A stretch of DNA of 32,000 nt from NCBI RefSeq assembly GCF_043950625.1, contig NZ_CP171007.1; one strand, 5' to 3'. Positions within the stretch are counted from its first letter, which is position 1; every line of letters starts with the position of its first letter. This stretch comes from Alkanindiges sp. WGS2144. Its GTDB lineage: Bacteria > Pseudomonadota > Gammaproteobacteria > Pseudomonadales > Moraxellaceae. Positions 17,879 through 25,402 of this stretch are shown piece after piece. The notes beneath the pieces were generated by a model. The model was given only the letters and a program-made list of their open reading frames with translations, was not told where the DNA came from and searched no databases. The position numbers and the translations under genes are program-made.

Positions 17879-19834
17879 TTAGTTACCACCAAACAGGTAG
17901 GAAACACCGACACGTCCGCCGAAGTTACCTCCCTCAGAGAAGCCAAACGCACCACTGGCAGATACGCGGTTTGTAAAGGAAGTCACTACACCAAGTGAGC
18001 CAGCGCTCTCGCCTTCATAATGACCAACACCACCAAACACAGCCACCTGTCCTGGCTGGATGTTTGGTACAGCTTGCTGCGCCGCTAATGCAATAGCAAC
18101 ACCACGATAAGCAGTTTTTTCTACGTTGTCCAGTTTACGGCTAACCTGGTTTACACGGCTATCAGTATAAGTGTTTGCAGCTGCCATGACAGCTGTATTG
18201 TTATCCGTAATCGCTTTGTTTACGCGAGCAGTTTCTATTGCTGCTTCGCCACGTAAAACCCCTGCGGTTTCATCTGTATATCCTTTAGCAGATGCCAATG
18301 TTGCTGCATTACTATCTTTGAGCTGTTTGACATTAGTGGCATCAGTATCAGCTGTACCTGCTGCAACGTGGGTAATTTGCCGCTCTTTACCTGCTGCGCC
18401 GACTGACACGGTATTGTCACGGGTTGAAGCAGAACCATTACCTAGTACTACGGCATTTTTGGCAGCAGTGTTCACGTTATTGCCCAGGACAAAAGTATTG
18501 TCGCCGCTTACGGTATTATCGTTTCCTACCACATAGCTGGCATTACCACTAACAATATTTGGGTCACCAATGGCACCTGAATTATTGCCAGTCACCTGGT
18601 TACCTATACCAATCGCAATAGATTGATCCCCTTGTGCTACTGAACCTGCGCCCATGGCGATAGCATTTTTACCTTCTGCTTTGGCATATTGATCGCCACC
18701 TTCAGTTTGTAGAGCAATAAATGGTGAACCATGTGCATTTGCATCTGTATAAGCCTTAGCTTGCTGTAAAACGGTTATACCTGTTTGATTAGTGTATTGG
18801 TTAGCATCAGCCAGCACCTTACGGTCAGCATTTTTTAATGTTGTGATTGCATCTTTGCGCTCATCGCTTTCTTTTTCAATTTGATTGTATAGGGCTTCAT
18901 CAGCCATTTCCCGCGTTTCTCTTTCTGTAGCAAACTCATCTGCGACGTTTTCAGTCAACTCATCTACCATGGCAAATGTATAATCTTGAGCTTCTGCCAG
19001 AACCGCAGCATCAGCATCAGCCACTTCATTTCGAATAGCTTTAGCCGTGTCAGCTGTGGTTTTATTGGCTGCGGTCAAGGTCGCCTTGTCGCCATCAGCA
19101 ATAGCCTTGTCCACTCGTGCTGATTCTGCTGTTGCTTCATTACGTAAAGCATTGGCTGTACTATTAGTATGCGCCTTCGCATCTGCTAGCGTTTTGGCGT
19201 CAGCATCTTTTAATTGCTTTAAATTAACCGCCTGATGTGCTTCAGTGGCTGCGGCAACATTGCTGATTTTAGTATCTTGAACATCGAGGTCTTTTACATT
19301 TAAAGCCCCAGTAATCTCAAGATTATGGGTTTTTAGGTCGTTTACAACTTCTAAAGAACCTGTTTGAATCTCGAAACTAGCAATTCTGCCACCGACCTGC
19401 ATATCTGCTGAAACTGCGCCAGTTTCTTGATCAGTGGTTGCATCAACCGAAAAAACACTTGCTCCATTTTTTATTAGATAAATAGATTGATCTGCGGTCA
19501 CATGTTCTACATTTATTGAACTTATACCATTAAGCTGCCCGGTAATTTCTAAATTATGTATTTTAGCGTCAGAAACATCCATAGTGGATGTTTGTATATT
19601 TGCGGCCTGAATAGTGCCAGCAACATTCAGATGGCCTTGCGGGTTTCCTTGGGCATCAGTACCAGGTCCCATCTGAATATAGCCTACTCCAGGTGGCCCT
19701 ATGATCAAAAATGGGGTTTCTATATAGGCAGGTGCTATTACATCATCATTGATCACAGCATAAGCTGGTGATATACCCACTGCCATTGTTGCTACCGCTA
19801 ACGCGCTTAGTTTTAATCCTACTTTCATATCCAT
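17879..19834 (-). CDS. Trimeric autotransporter adhesin (YadA/Ata-like), 651 aa
   Basis: I placed the start at MDMKVGLKLSALAVATMAVGISPAYA (signal peptide; AGGGG SD about 9 nt upstream); the track start 19927 is an unsupported extension. The protein has Ala-rich coiled-coil stalk repeats, head-like GN/GD repeats (GNNSGAIGDPNIVSGNASYVVGNDNTVSGDNTFVLGNN) and a YadA-type C-terminal anchor (...YRGVAIALAAQQ...GVSYLFGGN). Confidence 0.9.
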   Translation of the reverse strand: MDMKVGLKLSALAVATMAVGISPAYAVINDDVIAPAYIETPFLIIGPPGVGYIQMGPGTDAQGNPQGHLNVAGTIQAANIQTSTMDVSDAKIHNLEITGQLNGISSINVEHVTADQSIYLIKNGASVFSVDATTDQETGAVSADMQVGGRIASFEIQTGSLEVVNDLKTHNLEITGALNVKDLDVQDTKISNVAAATEAHQAVNLKQLKDADAKTLADAKAHTNSTANALRNEATAESARVDKAIADGDKATLTAANKTTADTAKAIRNEVADADAAVLAEAQDYTFAMVDELTENVADEFATERETREMADEALYNQIEKESDERKDAITTLKNADRKVLADANQYTNQTGITVLQQAKAYTDANAHGSPFIALQTEGGDQYAKAEGKNAIAMGAGSVAQGDQSIAIGIGNQVTGNNSGAIGDPNIVSGNASYVVGNDNTVSGDNTFVLGNNVNTAAKNAVVLGNGSASTRDNTVSVGAAGKERQITHVAAGTADTDATNVKQLKDSNAATLASAKGYTDETAGVLRGEAAIETARVNKAITDNNTAVMAAANTYTDSRVNQVSRKLDNVEKTAYRGVAIALAAQQAVPNIQPGQVAVFGGVGHYEGESAGSLGVVTSFTNRVSASGAFGFSEGGNFGGRVGVSYLFGGN

Positions 19835-19919
19835 AACTTTTACCCCTTTGTCTATGTTGCTACAACCATATGGTTTCCATATACACGCAGATATTAGAAG
19901 GAGATCGTCATGGTTAAAT

Positions 19920-19937
19920 ATCCCCAAATAGGGATGG
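19920..19937. promoter_or_regulatory. Candidate operator box B: ATCCCCAAATAGGGATGG
   Basis: An 85-nt gap separates it from the adhesin start codon (19834). It shares the 10-nt core ATCCCCAAAT plus GGAT with boxes A and C. Confidence 0.45.
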
Positions 19938-20082
19938 TTTTAATAAATTTTTATAGCTAAATTTTTTAAACACTTATTTTTATAGACCTAAGGCAGAAAT
20001 CAGATTTATTGTGTCACGTAGGTTTAACTCCTAGCACTTCGCTGTAGTGTGTATACCACTATAAATCTGATTTACTTTTCGG

Positions 20083-20322
20083 TTATATCACCCCCGCTTT
20101 AATATTGCTAATTGCAGAAGCAACAGTTCCTGCACGGTATAGGTCATCAATATCCTGTAGTGCAAGTGATAAAGGATAAGCTGCATAGGGTAATTTCAAC
20201 TTTGCATCAATTTTGCTTTTAACTATGCTCCTGTCCCGACGCATTTGCGTGACTAATGCAAAAACCATTTGCTCAAAGTAAAACTCTTTACTGGCGGAGG
20301 ACTGTATTGCTTGACTGTTCAT
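20083..20322 (-). CDS. Hypothetical 79-aa protein
   Basis: The ATG at 20322 (MNSQAIQSS...) is preceded by GGAGG at about 5 nt; the track start 20334 is a TTG inside the SD. No recognisable family. Box C lies 62 nt upstream. Confidence 0.5.
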   Translation of the reverse strand: MNSQAIQSSASKEFYFEQMVFALVTQMRRDRSIVKSKIDAKLKLPYAAYPLSLALQDIDDLYRAGTVASAISNIKAGVI

Positions 20323-20384
20323 TCCTGCCTCCAAAATGCATATCCATATTTTTGGGTCATAAGAACAGTTAATGCATGCTGAAT

Positions 20385-20402
20385 ATCCCCAAATGTGGAT
20401 AT
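20385..20402. promoter_or_regulatory. Candidate operator box C: ATCCCCAAATGTGGATAT
   Basis: Upstream of the 79-aa ORF. Same core as boxes A and B. Confidence 0.45.
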
Positions 20403-20446
20403 CACCTGTTTTTTAAAAAAGCAGGCTTGCTCTAAGCATCAAGCAT

Positions 20447-20480
20447 AAAAACCCCGCTGCATCACTACAGCGGGGTTTTA
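20447..20480. terminator. Bidirectional rho-independent terminator
   Basis: Stem AAAACCCCGCTG / CAGCGGGGTTTT with an 8-nt loop. It probably ends minus-strand transcription coming from the TetR/remnant region. Confidence 0.7.
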
Positions 20481-20874
20481 AAGACTAAGCTTAAGCGTGA
20501 AGATTAATGCCTTTACTGACGATAAACCTTAGCATAGTTTTCTTTTAAGCATTTGTAGCGATGTGATGTCAGGCATAGTTATAAAACGCTTTCATTTCGG
20601 CAAGTTTAGCGTTTAAATCCAGATCATCGGTACCGTGTAGCAACTGGCAAAATTCTACCTCGTCAGTCTTATCAAAGCATCGGCCTTCCCCTTATGCTTG
20701 GGTGCTCGCGACTTGATGTAATGATGGTGAACGCTTAACTTACTTGGGCGTCAGTGAAACCTGGACTGGAATTTATGGCTGTACCTTGGTTATATTCCAA
20801 TTACTACATTTTACGCACAAATACTCATATTTTGATGGGCTGTTTTATAATTCAAGCAGGTATTTAAAATTCTA

Positions 20875-21408
20875 TTATTTAAATAGTTCGTTACAAATCG
20901 CATGCTTTTCTTCATCAGTGAGTTCATGCGCCAACAATCCTTCTACCGTAAAAATCGCAACTTTTACTCTCGCTTCAATTCTTTGCGCTTCAACACCAGA
21001 CCGTTGTAGCTCTTGGCGCAATAAGTTTTCAACAAGCATATGAAAGCGTTCATGCCATGCGTTAATCTGCGGAGATAAATGCAATCGCGCATGCACCGTA
21101 GTCACCAGTTGTTTTACTAATCTAAACTGATCTATTACCCACAATAGGCGTTCAACGGTGCCTTTTGTTTGAAGCTGAATATATCCAGAAAAGCGATCAG
21201 TAAGTTCAGCATTTAGAATATTAATTAATAGTTCATCTTTATCTTTAAAATACCAATAAATGGTGTTTGGCGCGACGCCTGCAATGTTTGCAATGTTACT
21301 CATAGAAGTTGCGTCATAACCTTCATGTAAAAATAAAGTACGTGCAGCGCTAATAATTTCTTTTTGTTTCTCTTCACGGTCTTGTAGACGTTTATTACGA
21401 GCCATCAA
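20875..21408 (-). CDS. TetR/AcrR-family transcriptional regulator
   Basis: 177 aa. The HTH EIISAARTLFLHEGYDATSMSNIANIAGVAPNTIYWYFKDKDELL is a classic TetR N-terminus. It is divergent from the 21552 operon, with palindromic operators in between. Confidence 0.9.
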   Translation of the reverse strand: MMARNKRLQDREEKQKEIISAARTLFLHEGYDATSMSNIANIAGVAPNTIYWYFKDKDELLINILNAELTDRFSGYIQLQTKGTVERLLWVIDQFRLVKQLVTTVHARLHLSPQINAWHERFHMLVENLLRQELQRSGVEAQRIEARVKVAIFTVEGLLAHELTDEEKHAICNELFK

Positions 21409-21474
21409 TATCTCCTGTTTCCCAACATAATAATTTATAGCTCAGAAAACCATTTATCGGTTTTATTTTACATC

Positions 21475-21496
21475 ATCTTGAATATCATTCAAGAAA
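21475..21496. promoter_or_regulatory. Putative TetR operator copy 1 (ATCTTGAATATCATTCAAGAAA)
   Basis: Contains a perfect 8-bp inverted repeat TCTTGAAT-atc-ATTCAAGA. An identical 22-mer is repeated 39 bp downstream. Confidence 0.6.
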
Positions 21497-21513
21497 TGAT
21501 TAAATTCAACTCA

Positions 21514-21535
21514 ATCTTGAATATCATTCAAGAAA
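21514..21535. promoter_or_regulatory. Putative TetR operator copy 2 (identical 22-mer)
   Basis: Exact repeat of 21475-21496. It ends 16 nt before the ATG at 21552 and sits just upstream of the GGGGAG SD. Confidence 0.6.
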
Positions 21536-21551
21536 ATAATCGGGGAGCAAT

Positions 21552-22118
21552 ATGCAGAAAAATTTTACAGAAGAAGATTTGCTACAACTTTCAGTAGGAG
21601 AACTTCTTGATTTGTTTCGTACACTTAATTCACCAAGTATTGAAGAAATGAATGGTGAATATGCTGCATATCTGTTAGCTCAACCGACTTGGCTGGCAGA
21701 TAAAATCGGTCATATCACTTTAAACAATTTTTTCCGTCGGTGGCTGAGTAAAGCCTTTCGACCTTTAAATGCCACAACTGGTCAAGGTTACAACACTTTC
21801 CAGCAAGGGCATCGCATTGTTCAGTGTTACCCAATGATGACTATGATCGCTACCTCTCGCTTCGACAACCGACCTGCCTACCAACTTGTTTATCGTCAAT
21901 TTCACTCGGTTTGCGGCAGCATCAATATGGTCGACGAGATCAGAAAAGTTTCATCCAACCTATATCTCGGCATTGGTACATATGGCTTTACCCATCATCA
22001 GCGCCATATTCCTTATCCATTTTTGCTAAAAGGGCCTCATACACCTTATAGGGGTGATATTGGTCGGAAAAGGGATGGTTTTCAAATAAGTTCACGAGAA
22101 ATTCCAAGACTATTTTAA
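21552..22118 (+). CDS. Hypothetical 188-aa protein (possibly GXWXG/DUF4334-like; unverified)
   Basis: Good SD (GGGGAG). It is the first gene of an operon with the SDR and hydrolase genes. The vague resemblance to GXWXG/DUF4334 proteins (L.DLF..L..PS.EEM.G.....; ..MVDEIR.V...L.G) is recalled only. Confidence 0.7.
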   Translation: MQKNFTEEDLLQLSVGELLDLFRTLNSPSIEEMNGEYAAYLLAQPTWLADKIGHITLNNFFRRWLSKAFRPLNATTGQGYNTFQQGHRIVQCYPMMTMIATSRFDNRPAYQLVYRQFHSVCGSINMVDEIRKVSSNLYLGIGTYGFTHHQRHIPYPFLLKGPHTPYRGDIGRKRDGFQISSREIPRLF

Positions 22119-22138
22119 ATTTCATAGGGGCAAATAAA

Positions 22139-22933
22139 ATGACGATGAACAAACATACTGCACTTATTACAGGTGCTTCTGCTGGAATTGGTAAAGCATT
22201 TGCATACCATTTAGCTAAAGAAAAATATTCTTTGTTGCTAGTCGCACGCCGTGAAGAGCGATTAGAGGAATTAGCTGCGGAATTAGCTGAAAAATACAAT
22301 ATCAATTGCAATATTTTTGCTGCTGATTTGAATGATCCATCTGCACCTGCTGCAATCATGTCTTATGCTAAAAATTTAGGAATTTCCATAGATATTTTAA
22401 TTAATAATGCAGGCCTGTCGGGCAAAGCTGCATTTGCCGAAACTCCTTGGCCAAATCTGGCAGCAGAAATCCAATTGATGATCACAAGCGTGACAGAGCT
22501 TTGCCATCGGGTTCTACCCCACATGCAGAAAAATGGGTGGGGTCGTATTATTAATCTGTCCTCACTCGCAGCATTTTCACCGCCTGGCGCGAGTCTTCTT
22601 TATACTGGAATCAAGCATTATGTTTTGGATATTTCCCAGTCACTGGATATGGAATTGAAACCACAAGGTATTCATGTCACTGCACTTTGCCCAGGTTTCA
22701 CACATAGTGAATTTCATGATGTCATGGGTACTCGTGATGCAGCGAATAACCTCCCCGCAATTCTATGGCAAGAACCAGAACAAGTCGTTAAAGAAGGCTG
22801 GGATGCAGTGATGAACGGTAAGGCTGTGTGCGTGCCTGGCTTAGTCAATAAAGTGATTGCGAGCAGTGTTCGTCCTTTGCCAATAAAACTCCAATATTTT
22901 CTTGGCAACCATATGAATCCTTTTAAACAATAA
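22139..22933 (+). CDS. Short-chain dehydrogenase/reductase (classical SDR)
   Basis: TGASAGIG cofactor motif, NNAG, and a YTGIKHY region (YxxxK). 264 aa. Confidence 0.9.
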   Translation: MTMNKHTALITGASAGIGKAFAYHLAKEKYSLLLVARREERLEELAAELAEKYNINCNIFAADLNDPSAPAAIMSYAKNLGISIDILINNAGLSGKAAFAETPWPNLAAEIQLMITSVTELCHRVLPHMQKNGWGRIINLSSLAAFSPPGASLLYTGIKHYVLDISQSLDMELKPQGIHVTALCPGFTHSEFHDVMGTRDAANNLPAILWQEPEQVVKEGWDAVMNGKAVCVPGLVNKVIASSVRPLPIKLQYFLGNHMNPFKQ

Positions 22934-22989
22934 AGGTTAGCTCCTTCCATTTACTACCCTTTTAATTGCAAAGTATAAGCGAGAAAAGC

Positions 22990-23925
22990 ATGTCAAATCG
23001 TACTTATCCAGACATATCAAAAGTAGAAAACTTAGCTCAAAAATCCACCTTCTTGGTGGATGGTATCACATGTGCTGCGACACTCCACACCCCACTGGGC
23101 GCAGATAAAAAGCAATATCCTGCAATTCTAATGCTCGGCGGATGGGGAAGCATTCAACAAGCACTAACGCTCCCTTACATTAATCAGTTTGTTCAAGCAG
23201 GGTTTGCTGTGATGGAGTTTGACTATCCTGGCTGGGGTTTAAGCGGAGGCTGGCCTCGTCAGGATATTAATCCATGGAAACGTGTAAAAGCTGCCAATGC
23301 CGCTTTGGCACACCTAAAAGGCCAAGCACAAGTAGATGCACATGCCATTTATTTATGGGGTACTTCATTTGGTGGCGGGCATGTTGTTGATCTTGCTTCA
23401 CAGCATCCTGATTTACAAGGTGCCATTATTCAAGTCCCGATGTTAGATGGATTAGCAACGGTTCGGGCTGTTCCATTTACCAAACTAGCAAAATTTATCA
23501 GTTTGGGTTTTATAGACTTGATGAAACCAGGTTCACCAATACATATACGCACCCTATCCGAAGCAGGAGAATTTGGCTCTATGGACAGGGATAAAGCGTG
23601 GGAAGCCCTACAAACCGCATTAAAAGCTCACGATGGTAAAAAATACGATAATCGCGTAACTGCCCGTTCTTTATTAACAGTAAGTTTTTATCGACCTTGG
23701 AAAAAATTAAAAGATATAAAAATTCCAATGCTAATCATTGGTGCAACACGTGACACGGTAGCTCCATTTGTACCTGAAAAAATAAAAAGTGCTGGCAATC
23801 CATTACTTCAGGTCATCGAAATGGATGCTGACCATTTTGATCCATATTTTGAACCCTATTTCCCTAAGACAGTTGGGTATCAGCTAAGTTTTTTAAAACA
23901 ATTACGACCTATTGAAACGTCTTAA
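22990..23925 (+). CDS. Alpha/beta-fold hydrolase
   Basis: Nucleophile elbow GTSFGG, a late Asp (ATRDTVAP) and His (DADHFD). I chose the ATG at 22990 (MSNRTYPD) over the track TTG at 22966; the start is uncertain. Confidence 0.85.
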   Translation: MSNRTYPDISKVENLAQKSTFLVDGITCAATLHTPLGADKKQYPAILMLGGWGSIQQALTLPYINQFVQAGFAVMEFDYPGWGLSGGWPRQDINPWKRVKAANAALAHLKGQAQVDAHAIYLWGTSFGGGHVVDLASQHPDLQGAIIQVPMLDGLATVRAVPFTKLAKFISLGFIDLMKPGSPIHIRTLSEAGEFGSMDRDKAWEALQTALKAHDGKKYDNRVTARSLLTVSFYRPWKKLKDIKIPMLIIGATRDTVAPFVPEKIKSAGNPLLQVIEMDADHFDPYFEPYFPKTVGYQLSFLKQLRPIETS

Positions 23926-24022
23926 AATTTAATCTGGGGGCTTTAATAGAAAAGCCACTGAATAGCCACCGATTTTGTAGACACCTTTTAGTTAGATAAA
24001 ATGGCTAATTAACGAGGTGCTT

Positions 24023-24301
24023 ATGAGCAGTAAACGATACCCTGAAGAATTCAAAATTGAAGCAGTAAAACAAGTCACTGAGAAAGGTCATAGTGTGGCT
24101 GAAGTTGCTACACGTTTAGGAACCACTACACATAGTCTGTATGCTTGGATCAAACGTTATGATCCACAGCAGCCCAAGACAACAGAATCTAGTGATCCAA
24201 CTACAGAATTAGCGAAATTAAAAAAAGAGCTGCAAAGGGTCACTGAAGAAAGGGACATATTAAAAAAGGCCGCGGTGTACTTCGCAAGCCAGTCCAAATG
24301 A
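24023..24301 (+). CDS. IS3-family transposase OrfA (HTH)
   Basis: MSSKRYPEEFKIEAVKQV...HSVAEVATRLGTTTHSLYAWIKRY, followed by a leucine-zipper-like tail. GAGG SD 5 nt upstream of the ATG at 24023. Confidence 0.9.
   Translation: MSSKRYPEEFKIEAVKQVTEKGHSVAEVATRLGTTTHSLYAWIKRYDPQQPKTTESSDPTTELAKLKKELQRVTEERDILKKAAVYFASQSK
24262..24268 (+). other. Programmed -1 ribosomal frameshift heptamer A-AAA-AAG (OrfAB fusion)
   Basis: The heptamer is in the correct phase in orfA (codons tta-AAA-AAG). The -1 frame is open from here into orfB (KGRGVLRKPVQMRYAF...). This is the standard IS3-family mechanism. Confidence 0.7.
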
Positions 24302-25170
24302 GGTACGCCTTTATTCGGGACAACCAACATATATGGTCTGTTCGTCGTTTATGTTCAACGTTAGATGTTCATCACAGTGGTTATTACGCCTGGTTAAAGA
24401 AACCTACCAGTATAACTGCGAGGAAGCGGCAACAGCTTTCAGGATTAATTAAACAGTTCTGGTTGGAATCTGGCGGAGTCTACGGTTATCGCAAGATTCA
24501 TTGTGATTTGAAAGACGTTGGCGAAAGTTGCGGTATCAATCGAGTACATCGACTCATGAAGGCGAATGGTCTCAAGTCACAGCGTGGCTATCGCAAACCT
24601 AGAGCTAATGTTAGTACTCCATCGATTGTGGCTCGAAATACTTTAGACAGACAGTTTAACCCCACCCAGCCCAACCAGTTGTGGGTGACTGACATCACTT
24701 ATATTCGCACTCATGAAGGATGGCTGTATCTTGCAGTAGTAATCGACCTATTCTCACGGCTAGTCGTTGGCTGGTCTATGAAGTCGAGAATCACAACAGA
24801 TCTGGTTTTAGATGCTCTACTGATGGCTTTGTGGCGAAGAAGCCCAAAGAACAAAGTCCTGATTCATTCTGATCAAGGTAGCCAATACACCAGTCATGAA
24901 TGGCAGACATTTCTCAAGCATCACAACCTTGAAAGCAGTATGAGCCGGCGTGGAAACTGCCATGATAATGCTGTTGCTGAGAGCTTCTTTCAGCTGTTAA
25001 AGCGAGAGAGGATCAAGAAGAAAATCTATGTGACAAGAACTGAAGCAAGGTCGGATATCTTTGAATATATAGAGATGTTCTATAACTCAAAACGCAGACA
25101 TGGTTCCAATGGTCAGCGTTCTCCATTAGATTATGAAAAGGCCCATCAAAAGATGGTTATGTGTGTCTAG
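24298..25170 (+). CDS. IS3-family transposase OrfB (DDE/rve integrase core)
   Basis: DDE triad context: WVTDITYI, HSDQGSQYTS, NAVAESFFQLLKRE. ATGA overlap with the orfA stop. Confidence 0.9.
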   Translation: MRYAFIRDNQHIWSVRRLCSTLDVHHSGYYAWLKKPTSITARKRQQLSGLIKQFWLESGGVYGYRKIHCDLKDVGESCGINRVHRLMKANGLKSQRGYRKPRANVSTPSIVARNTLDRQFNPTQPNQLWVTDITYIRTHEGWLYLAVVIDLFSRLVVGWSMKSRITTDLVLDALLMALWRRSPKNKVLIHSDQGSQYTSHEWQTFLKHHNLESSMSRRGNCHDNAVAESFFQLLKRERIKKKIYVTRTEARSDIFEYIEMFYNSKRRHGSNGQRSPLDYEKAHQKMVMCV

Positions 25171-25188
25171 AATTTTGGTGGCTATTCA

Positions 25189-25395
25189 ATCAGTGATGCA
25201 TCCATGCCGCCAAATTTAGCACGCCATTTATAGAAACTGGCTGAACTCATGCCATGCTCACGGCAAAGTGTTGGCACTGGCGTGCCTGACTCAGCCTGTT
25301 TGAGAATGGACAAAATCTGGCTGTCGGTAAAGCGTGATGTTTTCATGCAGAATCTCCTGCGTTTAGATTACGAGAAAATTCTACTTTTAGCCTCA
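25189..25395 (-). pseudogene. Truncated second IS3-family element (left end + first 52 codons of orfA)
   Basis: The minus strand from 25346 reads MKTSRFTDSQILSILKQAESGTPVPTLCREHGMSSASFYKWRAKFGGMDASL, a typical IS3-family OrfA N-terminus. It is cut off exactly at the right end of the intact IS (25188/25189). The putative terminal TGAGGCTAAAAGTAG... ends at 25395. Confidence 0.75.
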
Positions 25396-25402
25396 GCTAT
25401 TT

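Larger units (their letters stand above)
23959..25188 (+). mobile_element. Intact IS3-family insertion sequence (1230 bp)
   Basis: Terminal inverted repeats TGAATAGCCACCGATTTTGTAGACAC (left) and TGAATAGCCACCAAAATTCTAGACAC (right, reverse complement), matching at 22/26 positions, with TG...CA ends. It has orfA/orfB with an A-AAA-AAG slippery site. Confidence 0.9.

Noticed and set aside
19835-19927. N-terminal extensions proposed by the ORF track: adhesin to 19927; also 6101-6154, 10726-10794, 20323-20334, 28453-28494 and 29403-29429
   Set aside because: Internal ATGs give canonical N-termini (a signal peptide, the Gro[10 protein letters not shown] start, the TetR HTH spacing, MLLHLSDLHFG) with better Shine-Dalgarno sequences. 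The adhesin extension would also run through the putative operator box B.
20744-21043. 99-aa plus-strand ORF
   Set aside because: Its 3' half overlaps the well-supported TetR gene (20875-21408) on the opposite strand. It uses a non-ATG start (TTG) and its translation is low-complexity.
21988-22359. 123-aa minus-strand ORF
   Set aside because: It is antisense across the junction of the 188-aa ORF and the SDR gene, both of which have good SDs. The SDR in particular has clear motifs.
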